Origin: Fistulifera solaris
Taxonomy: Eukaryota
Assembly: GCA_030295235.1 (NCBI GenBank)
Contig: AP026169.1
Location: 186,001-250,000, forward strand
Direction: 5' to 3'
Length of the DNA: 64,000 nt
A program made the position numbers and the translations under genes. The notes below the pieces were generated by a model. It did not search any database. It was not told where the DNA came from and saw nothing but the letters and a program-made list of their open reading frames with translations. Below, in pieces: positions 1-12,200 of the stretch (position 1 is its first letter; each line of letters opens with the position of its first letter).

Positions 1-948
1 AACTTGGCGAAGAAATAAAAGGATCCAGTTCTTGGGTAACTCGCAAAGTCGATGCTCTTTTCAGTCCGGTGTTACGCATGCTTGAACATAGCGACGAAGA
101 CGGTGGTGAGGTGGCGGTGCTCGGTCTCCCGCGCGTTCATTCGGAAGAGGAAGAACACAGTGACGACTGTAGCATTTCCATTCAAGGGCAAGAAATGCCC
201 GAGTCGGACGAATTCAATCCTTGGCAATTTATTCAGTCGTTGCCGCCTTATCAAGAAATCAGCTACCTTCGTCCGAGTGTATGCCTTCCGCCGAAAGACC
301 CGCAAGCGCCCCCGATCACCTTAGTGTTGGATCTGGATGAAACGCTGGTACACTGCAGTGTCGAACCCGTGGAAGATGCCGACTTGGTGTTTCCTGTTGA
401 TTTTCATGGGATCACATATCAAGTTCATGTCAAGAAGAGACCGTATTTGGAAACGTTCTTGGAGGCGTGCTGCGGAAAGTTCGAGGTTGTGTTGTTTACA
501 GCCAGTCAGAAAATTTATGCCAATGAGCTTCTTAACCGTATTGATCCTGGTGAGTCATTTGTGTTTGAGTTTAGTTTATAAGGTTGTATTTTGATTTCTC
601 ACGTTTTTGTTCTCTTAAGAAGGAAAATATATCCAACATCGGCTTTATCGTGACTCGTGTCTCCCGGTCGAAGGCAACTTCTTGAAAGATCTCACCGTCC
701 TTGGTCGAGATCTGGCACAGACCATTCTTGTCGATAACTCACCACATGCCTTTGGTTACCAAGTAGAGAATGGGATACCTATTGAGTCCTGGTTTGAAGA
801 CCCAGATGATCGCGAATTGATCAAATTGGAGCGTTTCTTGCGGCAGCACTGTCTTGACGTCCCGGACGTGCGCCCGATCCTCGACAAGAAATTTCAGTGC
901 CGTCGGCTGGTTAACGAAGCACCACCTATCTTATTCGGTGATGAGTAG
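1..948 (+). CDS. CTD small phosphatase-like protein (NIF/FCP1-SCP HAD family, CTDSPL2/SCP4-like), 5'-truncated by the window edge; intron 550-619
   Basis: DLDETLVH (DxDxT) motif, VKKRP, FTAS, and KDLTVLGRDL..TILVDNSP. A GT..AG intron joins IDP|EGKYIQHRLYRDSC in frame. Confidence 0.9.
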
Positions 949-1769
949 GCCATGTGAAAGTAATATAAAGATTTGTCGAAGCTTCCATATTCTTTGTTTG
1001 TGTTTGCTGATAGCTGATAGGAAATAAGAGCCTGTTTCCTGAAGATTGCTTGAGACATTCTCTGGTGTTAATTAAACTGTAAAAGAATTTGCACCCCGAA
1101 GTAATTCAGTATTCAGTACTGCTTCTTCATTTTTAGGAATCATCGGGATTGGAACTTGGACAGGTAAGTCCTAAAATGTACTTGGCCAGCACGACTACCA
1201 TCATCCTTGCTTGATTCATCGCCTCTTATGTCGTCAACTTGATAGCCGCCTTGTCCTTGCGATTATTCAATATGCTCACCTTGCTCTTATTCCTCCCGCA
1301 TGTCCATTGAGCTACCTGGTAACATCAGAGACGCTTTTCGTTCGCCTTAGACATGCAAGGTTAATTAAGGATGATGTTATTTATTGTTGTGTACGTAGGT
1401 CGCGACTCGCGAGCCATACTACCTAAAGCAATTATCGCTAAATACCGGTAAAATTTTTCGAATACTTAACCACTACGAAATACCATTTTCGGGTAATTAG
1501 CAATCTAAAACACAAAGACTTTTAAGTAGTTCTTGAATCATTGGCTTTTTATCGACAATGGAATCGCCGGACTTGTCACATTGGTGTAAATAAACGTCGC
1601 GGATGACGTTCGTCGTTATCTTGAAACTTGAAACTCGTCCCATCGTTTGCGACAACAAACAAGCACAACAAGAAACAACTTCCGTTTGCTTTCGCCATTG
1701 AAGACGATCAACTTGTCTGAAAATTGAAGTATTGTGTTTTGAGTTTCAGGCAACGTTGTCTATCTCATT

Positions 1770-2654
1770 ATGAGTGTCGCGTCCTACGCTCTAGCCAACC
1801 CTACAAAGGCCCTTTACGGTGCCCTCGCAACTTGGTGGTTTAGTGGTATCTTAGCCATTATTATTCCTCTTGTAAAGTGGAGACAATCTCGCGAGGCTTA
1901 TTATAACATGTTCGGTCGCTACATCGAGTACCAGAACGCACAACGTCAAGCGGAGCGTAACCAAAACCAAAACAATCAGATGTACAACTATAATGGGTAT
2001 ACGATGAAGAATTGCTCGTGGTGGCAATGGGGATGCCGAAGGCAGCAGTACAAATACCATCAGCAGTATTATCAGTACCTGCAGCAGAACGGGGACGCAC
2101 AAGCACAGCGCCGAGTCTATACCCCACGCTGGTACAATTTCCTGGGAGGAAAGATGCCCGAAGAGGATAATCGTCACCGTGAAGAAATGGGTTTCGAAGA
2201 GAACAGCGGGGGCGGTGTCAAATTTGTATACGCATGGTCACTCATCATGTTTGTAGCCTTGTTGCTGTATGCATCGTTTGTCATGTACCGGCAGTACCAG
2301 TTCAGGGACAAGTTGACGTTCAGCGTCGGCATGGTTTGGGTTCTTCTTCTGACCGTCTTCCAGTACAGTGTTCTCATGCTCGTTCTGGTGCCTCAAGGAG
2401 TTATTGAAACAGACGATCGAGATCTCGAAAACTTTGCTTATGGATGGTATGGGCAATTCCCCATCCTTCTTGCTTATTTCCAGTTTGCCGTAGCTTTATT
2501 TTCTGGGATCTCGTTGTTAGCACTCTCCGGCATTTTATCCTATGTGCAGCGCGTCAAATCCAGGTCCAGCTCTGTCACCGAAGTGATTCAGGATGTGTCC
2601 AAAGATGACAAGATGGGAAAAATCGCAGGCGATGGATACGATCGCTTGGCGTAA
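1770..2654 (+). CDS. Hypothetical ~4-TM membrane protein with a N/Q/Y-rich loop
   Basis: 294-aa ORF with about four hydrophobic segments and a QNQNNQ..CSWWQWGC..YHQQYYQY loop after TM1. Confidence 0.75.
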   Translation: MSVASYALANPTKALYGALATWWFSGILAIIIPLVKWRQSREAYYNMFGRYIEYQNAQRQAERNQNQNNQMYNYNGYTMKNCSWWQWGCRRQQYKYHQQYYQYLQQNGDAQAQRRVYTPRWYNFLGGKMPEEDNRHREEMGFEENSGGGVKFVYAWSLIMFVALLLYASFVMYRQYQFRDKLTFSVGMVWVLLLTVFQYSVLMLVLVPQGVIETDDRDLENFAYGWYGQFPILLAYFQFAVALFSGISLLALSGILSYVQRVKSRSSSVTEVIQDVSKDDKMGKIAGDGYDRLA

Positions 2655-2907
2655 TGAAATATTATTTGATGGTAGCACTAGTCAAGTTTTAAATTCGTTT
2701 GTTCGAGGTACTAAAACAAAGTGCACGATAGATATTGTGCAAATGTGGACGATGATAGTTCGTTGTCCTTCCAACCAACCTACGGCACTCCAATATAGGT
2801 GATACAGCTCACTTCGTGACTAGAGGTACAGTTTGAAGGTGACATGAAAAACAAGGATTACATAATTTTATGGTTCATAATGGCTTTTACTTACTTGTGT
2901 TCGTCGA

Positions 2908-3625
2908 TTAATACTCACTTAGAGAACGGGTACTAGACGAGGTTCTTGCTTGCAGTTGCAAACGCTGTTTTGACGCTGCAAGGTCTGAGAGGAAGACCAG
3001 TTCCTTCGAAGCGGTGTTCACGCGTGGATGTTGCAGTTGCATGAGAAGTTTGTTAATGTTGTCGGCGGTGAGAAGTTGTTGCCGCAATTGCAGATTTGGC
3101 ACAGATTTATCGTGAGCAAGACAGAAGTCACTAGCCCCTCGTTTGGATCGAAGTACCGCTTCCCTGAGCTGCGCGTTCTCTCTACGAGCAGCCTCAATTT
3201 GAGTCTCCAGCTTTGCTGCAGCACGACAACTTTCTTGATAGTCTTTCGATAGGGATGAAACGGTTTTCTATGCACGAATAAGAAGAGGATCGATTGGTTA
3301 GTACTGGTAGTGCGAATGCGGGAAAGGCCTTCTAGTTAATGGCATTCGCTTACCTGCAAGTCGGCAATGATCTCCTTGCGTCGCTGGCGAGACTGAAAAG
3401 CAGCAAGACGGTTTGCGGCACGTCTCGCCTTTTGCGGTCTGCTTCGGATACATTCCCTTTCTGAGCGGCCTCGAGCTTCGCTTCAAGGAGAGCCGTTTCA
3501 CACAGTGATCCTTTCTTCACCAATCGCCGTCCATCGGATCTGCGTCGATCCTCAACAACCGCCACACCACTTGGCTTTTCACTCGACTTGCATGAAGTTG
3601 ATTCAAAGTTTGCTGCAGTCGACAT
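2908..3625 (-). CDS. bZIP transcription factor; two exons (3625-3354, 3267-2908), apparent 1-nt frameshift near 3432
   Basis: Manual translation gives RRAANRLAAFQSRQRRKEIIADLQ|KTVSSLSKDYQESCRAAAKLETQIEAARRENAQLR, a basic region with N-x7-R followed by a heptad zipper. GTAAGC..TAG intron at 3353-3268. Confidence 0.8.
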
Positions 3626-4105
3626 TGTTTTCGAGAATGAAGAAGCCCCAAAGACGCAACGCAACAAGTGACATAAACCGATCGAGTTGGGTGTTTTATG
3701 CGCGTGTTGAGAGGTAGAAATCGGGTAAACGATCCAAGACCTCGCGTTAAAAGCCTACCAGATATCATGCAGGAATAATCCGGTCTTTGTCATGTTCAGT
3801 TTTCGCAATACGTACGATTTTTACGTAAGGCGCACGTAGGATTATACAAGTTCCGAGACAAAATTTCTGGGTTTCCCATACAGTATTTCTGTTGCATCAC
3901 ACCAACTTCTGGCGGAGTTTCGTCAAAATTGGCCACTATACATCGAAATGTACAAATTACCAGTGAAAAGGCTAGACGTCGATGATGCAATGATGCATGA
4001 TGCCTGATGCCTGTTTGGATTGTACTATTTGGGAAATTGTGCTGGATGCGTTCGTGATGCATTTGCGTGCATTGTAAAACTGGCGGTGATCGGCGACCTT
4101 TGCAA

Positions 4106-4186
4106 GGGAAGGACGTTAAAATTCTGCCTCCCAGTACAAGATTCTACGTAGCGTGTACGACGAGGCAGAATTTTAACGCCGTTCCC
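4106..4186. repeat. Inverted repeat / hairpin with a 17-bp perfect stem
   Basis: CGTTAAAATTCTGCCTC (4114-4130) is the reverse complement of GAGGCAGAATTTTAACG (4162-4178). It extends imperfectly to GGGAA..TTCCC. Confidence 0.85.
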
Positions 4187-4863
4187 ATACACTACAAGTA
4201 CATCGTGTTGCATGTGCTCTTGGAAGGTTAAGGGTCACGTGATTCAATTATCGAATCCATTCATGAATTGTTCTCATTATTACGTAGTATTATTTATTGA
4301 GAACTCCGTCCTGATTATGATTTGTTAGACAGCGCATTACCAGGTACTCGTCGTCATTTTTATTCATTCCTTGTGAGTCAAGTCAACTTTTGGTTTTTTT
4401 AATACTCCGAGTAACTGATTAATAAAAACTATCCTAAAATTGTTTTTATTCCCTGATTTCCTTAAGTCAGAATGCAATTTTGACATTCGGACTGCTTTTT
4501 TCATTGTGCATTTTCTTTTTCTCACAAATTGTTCAAGCTGGCCCCGTGCTGAGTACGCTCTAGCTACTAGTGCTACCAGGCAGTAAAGGGCGAGTCCATC
4601 ATCCGTTTCACCATTCGTCACGATTTTGATGCGTGATGCACGCAGCGCATAAGTATGACGAATGACGACTTCTCTGTAGGGCTACGGCGTAGATTTCTAG
4701 AAAGACAGCGTTGAACTTAGTGTGTAACTATGTCTTCTTAAAAAAACCGGATCTCATCAGTCCTGTTTTTCAACATCTTCAGTTTTTAAATTAAATCTAA
4801 AAATCTCAGCACTATCTTCCGCTATTGGTGTGTGACGAACGAAGCCTTTAGTTACCATACCCC

Positions 4864-7140
4864 TCAAGCTAAGTAATTGTAGCGATTTCGGTCCTTCGAA
4901 TCTCTTTCCATATATTCTCGTTCAATCAATGACTCTATTCGGCTCTTAACATCAGCGGCTTGAGCAGGAAACTTTACTTGTTCCATGACTTGAGGGATCA
5001 GCTGCTGATGCAACACGGTCTTGCGCGCCTTGAGAATACGAACCAGGACGGCGTCAATCAAGTAAAGCCGATCACGAGAGACTGTTTCAACAGTTTTTTC
5101 GCGCTCTTCTTTGGTCTCTTTCATCATAATATTCTGAATGCGAATTCGACGCTGGTTCGAAACGAAGGCTGCTTGAACAAAAAATTCATCTTCGTCTTGG
5201 ACTGTCATGCGCGGCTTCTTTTTTCCGTCGGGGTCCAGTTTCCGTAAGATACGCGTGCCCTCCTTTCCCAAAGCAAGAGATTGTAAGATACGCTCCATTT
5301 CGTCGCGATCTTCTAATCCAATTGCTTGCATCAGACCCGTCAGTGTCCACTTCGTTTCGGCGTCCTTGAATTGGATCAAGACAAGCGCTTGAAGCAGGCT
5401 GACATTCAGTTCGTAGGGTTTCGAAAATCCGTTTGTTTTGACAAGACAATTGCCTAGAGCGTATTGCCATGCAATCCGGCGGCCGTGGCACTTCTTTTTA
5501 TAAAAGGCATCAAACGAATTTTGGCGCACGAGTAGACTAGATGGAAGTTGTAAAGTTTGGTACTGGGGATACACAGGCCAGTACCCTGTAGTGAGAATCT
5601 GAACTTCCATTTCCACCTTGTTGTCTTGTGAAGCATTTTGTTCGGCAGCCTGCTTGTAAACCAACATGTGTTCTCTACTTAAATCAATATCTTGGAACAT
5701 TCCTTCCATTTTGGAGGTATAGCCCGCTCCACATTCCGCCTTAAGAAATGAGCAAACCTGTTTCTCAATGTCCATGCTGACAACTTTGTTCCATAGCAAT
5801 CGCTTTGCCAGATCACGCTTGTAGAAGGCTTCAAAGATGTCTTTGGCTTGCAGCGGAACGAAGATTCCTGTGACGACGCTGCTCAACCAGTCGGCTGGCT
5901 GCACATCCAACTTCTTTGCAGACTTAAGAATTTGATCGAGATATTTTGCCAAAGGTTCGGCAAGAGACTCCTCACTATTGACCACTTCTTCCCACACGCT
6001 CTTTAGAGTGATCACCTCTCCAGCTCCGGGCAATCTCGCAATCGTTTGCTTAACAATACTTTGCAGTGCCAACAGATCCGCAACAGATTGACTTCGTCGT
6101 AAACCTTCTTGCTTCACAAACGATGCTATCACTTGAGCCACCTTGGCGTGCCCTGAGGGTAATCTACCAGATAACAACCAGAGTTGTGTCAGCGGCACGG
6201 AGGTTGCTGATGTAACAAGTTCTTGCTGCAGAAAAGGTTGCCAGAATCGCTCCTGAGTCAGCAGTCCGTCTAAAATCAATGGCTGCGTGATGCATGTATC
6301 CAGGACGTGACCAAGCCATTGCACGGGCAACCAAGGCCAACTGGGGATGACACTGAATTGTTGATGTGTCCAAGCAATGAACTGAGCGGCTGCTCCTTGA
6401 CTATTGGAGGAAAAGGACTCCCAAACTTCCTTGCTGGTCCGTTCCCAGTACTCGTGCAGGTCTGATTCAATGGGAAGACTCGGTAACACTTGCAGATCTT
6501 GCCACATGTACCAGATGCTTTGTAGTACCGGTGTGCCGGTGGCGGTCTTCCAATCCTGATAAATCCAAACCTGAAACCATTCTTGATAAATAGTTTTCAA
6601 GTAAAATTGAAGCTGTTCCGCAAAGGCTGCAAGACCCGCCGTCCAAAGAGTTTGTGCGTGCGCCGAGACAGGCACGGCCGTTGTCCCATTCCATCCGTGT
6701 GTTCGATCCAGAGGAAGTAACACGTGCTGGCAGCACAACAAGTATTCCGTATAAATCCGGTAGAGTTCCGGAATAATGTGCAAAAGAGGTCCCTGTCCTA
6801 GGCCGCTGTGCGGTAGCACAATGCGGACCGCTTGTTTCATTGATTGAATCCAGTCTTCGTAAAGACGGGGACCGTACTGGTGTCGCACCAAAGTCACCAC
6901 CGACGTGTACGCATTTTGCAAGCTCAAATCGGTCTGCTTTTCGTTTTTCTGTCCTTTATACTCCGACAATTGTCGATTTAATATCTCTAGCGTCCCGTCC
7001 AGTAGTTCTTTTACGGTTTGTTCGTAATAATTGTCGGGCAGGGAAGGAGGCTTGGAGAACGGACGAATGACTATCTTGTTCATTTTTGCCTTGTTGCGGC
7101 TCGTTGCTGCGGCGTGCTGATGCATCAAATTGCGGGACAT
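4864..7140 (-). CDS. CUL4: Cullin, CUL4-like
   Basis: KDIFEAFYKRDLAKRLL, LKAECGAGYTSKMEGMFQDIDLS, ILTTGYWP, and a C-terminal neddylation domain IDAVLVRILKARK..IESLIEREY. Confidence 0.88.
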   Translation of the reverse strand: MSRNLMHQHAAATSRNKAKMNKIVIRPFSKPPSLPDNYYEQTVKELLDGTLEILNRQLSEYKGQKNEKQTDLSLQNAYTSVVTLVRHQYGPRLYEDWIQSMKQAVRIVLPHSGLGQGPLLHIIPELYRIYTEYLLCCQHVLLPLDRTHGWNGTTAVPVSAHAQTLWTAGLAAFAEQLQFYLKTIYQEWFQVWIYQDWKTATGTPVLQSIWYMWQDLQVLPSLPIESDLHEYWERTSKEVWESFSSNSQGAAAQFIAWTHQQFSVIPSWPWLPVQWLGHVLDTCITQPLILDGLLTQERFWQPFLQQELVTSATSVPLTQLWLLSGRLPSGHAKVAQVIASFVKQEGLRRSQSVADLLALQSIVKQTIARLPGAGEVITLKSVWEEVVNSEESLAEPLAKYLDQILKSAKKLDVQPADWLSSVVTGIFVPLQAKDIFEAFYKRDLAKRLLWNKVVSMDIEKQVCSFLKAECGAGYTSKMEGMFQDIDLSREHMLVYKQAAEQNASQDNKVEMEVQILTTGYWPVYPQYQTLQLPSSLLVRQNSFDAFYKKKCHGRRIAWQYALGNCLVKTNGFSKPYELNVSLLQALVLIQFKDAETKWTLTGLMQAIGLEDRDEMERILQSLALGKEGTRILRKLDPDGKKKPRMTVQDEDEFFVQAAFVSNQRRIRIQNIMMKETKEEREKTVETVSRDRLYLIDAVLVRILKARKTVLHQQLIPQVMEQVKFPAQAADVKSRIESLIEREYMERDSKDRNRYNYLA

Positions 7141-7662
7141 ACTAACTGTAAATTACTTTTTCAATGCAGTGCTGGACGAGGGTGGAAACGGCGGTCAAAG
7201 CTAAGAATGATTAACAAAGACATTGTCACCAATTGCGTTGTGATAAAATTGTCACGTGTCGAAAACAAGACATGGAGGAGCGCGGTGTTCTACACGCTGA
7301 TGGAGTGTATATAGTCAAAACGTCCTCACTCCTCACCCATTACTTGGGCGTTGGGCGAGGCGCGAGCGCGAGCAAAACTCGCTAGTCTACGTAAACCGGG
7401 ACTCAGGTTCGCCTATCGCCTTGACTAATGCCTCGTTACAAATACTCATTACTCACTACAGTGAACGCGAACCTTTGGTGCACGAGCAGCTCTAGAACCT
7501 CTAAAACAAGCTATTTAAGAGAATCTAGAAGAGTTTACCCCACTGTAGTAAGTTTGAGATGTGCCTTCCATCGAAAGGGTCAAAGTCTACAATCTCGTCG
7601 AACCCACAAGACAAGCCACAACCATAAAAAAATACAGTGATTTGCTCTAGGTGATAATAACA

Positions 7663-8292
7663 TTACGCTCCGCGCTTCTCGTCATCTAATGCAGCAACGT
7701 GTCGAAATTGATCTTCCAACTCGGCATATTTCTCCAGCAAACTTTCAATGGCATCGTCGCTAACATTGGGCATGATCAGTTTGTCTACCACAGTCTCATC
7801 CATTTCACACAGATCGACAAACAGGTGACGCGGATTTATTACCGTTCGTCCCTGAACTGCCATGCCGCGAATGAGGACTTGCGCTAAGATACGATCTTGT
7901 CCTTGGGTAGGATACCGAAAATTTTGCATGATCCAGATGTTGTTGTTATCATCCAAGCCGGCCACGGTTGTTTCAATTTGAAAACGACAGAAAACAGGGC
8001 GAATTTCACGGCGGTACCGAACTGCTGAGCCTGCGACCAAGAAAGCGATATTATTTTTCATCATGGCAGAGAGTAAGCCATTGTGGGAGGTCATTTCCCA
8101 TCGCGCTAGTTCGGCATGACTGAGATAAGCTGCATTATTCAGATGACCCAAGTAATCGACGTCAAAAAGACCAGCTCGAGCTGTGTAGATGTGGGCATCA
8201 GTCAAGCCAACGTTCCGTTCGGGAGAAGATTGGCGTTTCACCAGACCTTTTACGAGCGAAAACAAAACCCGTGGAGTGTGTATCAATCCCAT
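7663..8292 (-). CDS. Hot-dog fold thioesterase-like protein (4HBT/THEM6-like)
   Basis: DVDYLGHLNNAAYLSHAELARW motif and VRYRREIRP. Confidence 0.85.
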   Translation of the reverse strand: MGLIHTPRVLFSLVKGLVKRQSSPERNVGLTDAHIYTARAGLFDVDYLGHLNNAAYLSHAELARWEMTSHNGLLSAMMKNNIAFLVAGSAVRYRREIRPVFCRFQIETTVAGLDDNNNIWIMQNFRYPTQGQDRILAQVLIRGMAVQGRTVINPRHLFVDLCEMDETVVDKLIMPNVSDDAIESLLEKYAELEDQFRHVAALDDEKRGA

Positions 8293-9266
8293 GCTACTCG
8301 GTTTGACCTCTTCAACACTAAAATGATGCGAGATTTATGGTGTGGTTCGACTTTCTTGTGTTTATGGATGTCCGAAAAGATCTCCTTCACGACAATTTTG
8401 TTCTGTTCCATCGGTTTCTTCTTTTGCCTCTCGGAATGGCGCTTCGGGACTCAAATGGTTTGTGTCTTGTTTTATCCTTCCTCCGGGTCTCTGACGCCGT
8501 CGTTGGAGGTTGGAGGTTTATTAAAGGCAAAAAACTGTACAATCCCTAATACCAAGAAAAGTTTCAAGTGTCTACTCTCTATTCCACAGATCATATTTGC
8601 TTAGACCTCAAAACTTTATCGCACACTTTGGTGTACGATATTATGCAGGAAGGACAGCCAGTGAACTGTGACGAACGTTAGACGCACGTCCGTCGAGCCC
8701 TCTCTTTCTACTTTCAACTATGACATTGCCTTCCCCGCACCACATTTCTACAGCAATGTAAAGCTGTAACGAAGATTAGTGTGTAGAAGATAGTAGAAAT
8801 TCTACCCTCGCCACTGTTAATAGGCAGCTGCCACATCTTGCCCTTTGGTTTGCTGCCCTCCACTTTGTGAGACGACGACGAAGGTGGAGGCGGAGGTCAC
8901 TCTTGTCGATCGTATGGACCCGCGAAAGTGCTTCATCTGCTTGTGAAAGTTGTTGCTTGAATCATCAATTCATTTGTATCGGTATGTCAAGTTTTTTCAG
9001 AGTTATCGCAATGTTTTTAGAACGGAATCGCAAAGTGAGGGATTTTGACCGAATTGTGGGTAGAATACCAGGTCGCGGCGTCGCGGACTTGTGTCTTGTG
9101 TACTTTTCTACGTAGGCTTCTACGGGGCAGCGCACCGCGATACGTCGATTTTTCGTGTTTCCGCTCACAATCTCACCTTTCGATTTCGATTCATCTTACA
9201 CACGTCAACTATCTTTCCTATCTCTGTATACAGACTGCTTTTACATTAGAAGCATATTAGTGCACC

Positions 9267-12200
9267 ATGTCTGGCTACGGAAGTGGTCAGTTCAACGACA
9301 ACGCAGAAATGCACGCAGAGATGCATGCGGAGCTTGAACGTCTTCGTCGTCAACAGCAGGCCGCGACTTGGTCTGCGTTAGCAGCAAGAGCTCGACAGCA
9401 AGGTTATCCTGCAGCGCCAACTGCACATTTGGGTTTGATGGGTGCCGGAGACGCTTCGGCTTCGTACTACGCTCGCGCTCCTGGTTACGCCAGATATGCG
9501 GGATTGTCGGATCCTGCTTACGGAGCCCGAGTGCAAGCCGACCAGAACCAGCTGGCACAGCTCCACCATGCCGTTTTTGGAAGACAACCTGCTGTTCAGC
9601 AGCTGGCAAGCAATTACACATATGCAGCTCCGGCTGGTGCTGTGACTGGGTACGCAGAGACTGCCACACCTACCCATCGATCGCCTGCCGAACAACAAAG
9701 GTTTCCCTACGCACTCAACGCGGGTGCTACCCCTTCTCCGGCCTCATATGATAACTATGCATCTCGCAATTCCTACGTTAGTCCACCGAAACCAGCGTCG
9801 ACCTCAGCTTCCGCGCAACGTCCTCCAACTTCTACTTTGAGCTCCACCAAAGTCCCAGCGAAGTCAACACCCAAATCAAAAGCTACCCCAGGGAAAAGCC
9901 CTGCCGTGACTCCCGCCAGTTCCAAAACTACTCCGAAAACTCCCAAATCAGGAAGTAGTTATGGTAGCAGCATGTCCAAGGCGAGCGAGAAATCGAGAGA
10001 ACAGAATACGCCAAAGCGTGTCGCGACGAGTGATGGCAAAATCCTTGTCGATGGGAAAGAAACTTATTACTCGGGACATGTACCTATTGGTTTTGAAGAA
10101 GACAAATATTGGATTTCAGAGCTACAGGTGTATTTGCGGTCGCATTTTGCCGAAGCTTTTGCTGCTACGGAGGAAGATGTTGCCGCTCCGATGCATGGTC
10201 GGAACAAGCCGATCGTGTTGGGACAGGTGGGAATTCGTTGTATGTACTGCAAAGGTAAGGCATTGATTCATTCTATGTTGCTCTTCATGCTATTTATAAC
10301 CGTTCCATTAATATACTGCAGGAGATAATCCAGCCGAACGAGGACAGCAATCGACGTCGTACCCCAGTCAAATAAGTGGCATCTATAATTCGGTGCAGCA
10401 AATGCTGCGTCTTCACCTAGATTGCTGTCTTTCTATGCCTGTAGAAGTACGCTCGAAGATAGAATTCATGAAAGAGTGTTGCAATAGCCGGGGTGGTCGC
10501 AAGCAATACTGGATAGAGGCGGCAAAGCGCCGGGGATTAGTCGACACGCCAGATGGTATCCACTTCGGACGTGACCCATTGGCGCCATTGCCAGATCATG
10601 TAGGGCCCTCGGTGACAAAGGACGGTCGCCGAAAGCGTGCGATCAAGACCTCCGAAGAAGCTGTTGTGGCTCCCCCTCAAGAACTTCCGCCACCACCCCC
10701 CTCCTGTAGACGATAGGCCTCTGGTGTTTGAGGAAGATCGTCCACTCATCAGTGATTATTTGTATTTGACACTCGAGCAAATGGCTCCGTGTACTTTAAT
10801 GGAAGCAGATCGGGTCGGATGCTACAAAACTCGTAAAGTTGGCTTTCCCGGTTTAGCCTGCAAGCACTGCGTGGGTCAAGCTGGTTGTGGTCGATATTTT
10901 CCAGCTTCGGAAGCGTCGCTGTCACAGACGACCACTTCACAGACCATCATGAATCACGTTCGCAACTGCCGTCGTTGCCCTACCGAAATTCGCGAAAATT
11001 TTGAAGTCATGAAGCGCAATCGAATGGGGCCCGATGGGAAGCGCGCTGATAAACCGAAACATGGCGGGCGCAAGGTTTTCTTTCATAGATTGTGGTGCCG
11101 TATTCAAGGTTTGGAGATTCATGAGGAAGAGATAAAACTCGACGACCCTGCACCCAAGAGGACAAAGCCTTATGCGAAGAAATCGAGAAAAAGATCATAT
11201 GATAGCGACGGTGAGTCCGGTGAGGATGACGGCGAGGCACTGACTTCCGAGGGTGAATGTGACTCCGAGGCCGAAAGCGAGGCCAGTGAGAAGAAACCGA
11301 GCAGGCGCAGATCGTCCCCGGGAAAAAGGAAGTCAGAAAAAGAATTTTGGTTTGAGGGGTGTGTTCGTCTCACCAAAACAGACGACCCACATTGGCTTTC
11401 TGAAATGGAATGCTTCGCCAGAAGTGACCTCGTCGAAATATTTAGTCTCGACGATGAGGATGAACTTGAAAGTTACACTGGTAGAAAGGAGCCAGCAATT
11501 GGGCAAGTGGGTATCCGATGCGCCTTCTGCAAGTCAATTCCGCCTCAAGATCGGCCCACTGGGTCTGTCGCGTTTCCGGAGTCGCTCTCAGCTATTCATT
11601 TGAAGGTGGCAGACATGATTCGATTGCACTTTCCAAACTGCCCATCACTGTCAGACGAAGCCAGAGAAACTTTCAAGTCGCTTCGTGGCTTTGATGCAAA
11701 AGTAGCTAGCGATGATGCGCAGCAGTACTGGGTTGATGCTGCCCGTGACATTGGATTGGCCAACTTTCCAACGGATGGGAAAAAGAGCAATGCTTGGGGA
11801 CTTGCTTTCCGGCGTGATCCCCTTCAGCCAAGTCCAGCAGATGAGTTAGATCTTGAAGTCGGTAACCCGAAGGATGTTTCCAACAAGAGTTCTCTGGTCA
11901 AAATTGACGATAGGGGATTGTGCACTGATCAAGTAATGCTTCTGCTGCGCCAAGTCATCCCCTGTCGCTTTAAGAAGAGCGACCGCCGTTCTGGGCCTGG
12001 TTACCGGGGTAGAGATAGATCTATGGGGTTCCCTGGCTTGTCGTGTAAGCACTGTGCAGGAAAGAACACTCTGGGTCGCTACTTTCCAGTATCTGCGAAG
12101 AACATGACCGATTGCACAAGCAACTCGTTACAGACTCATATTGCCTCTTGTGTCTATTGTCCCGAACCCATTCGCGCTTCATTGGCGTATCTTAGTCATC

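Noticed and set aside
8116..8604. 162-aa plus-strand ORF
   Set aside because: Overlaps the thioesterase antisense and its promoter, and has no recognisable motifs.
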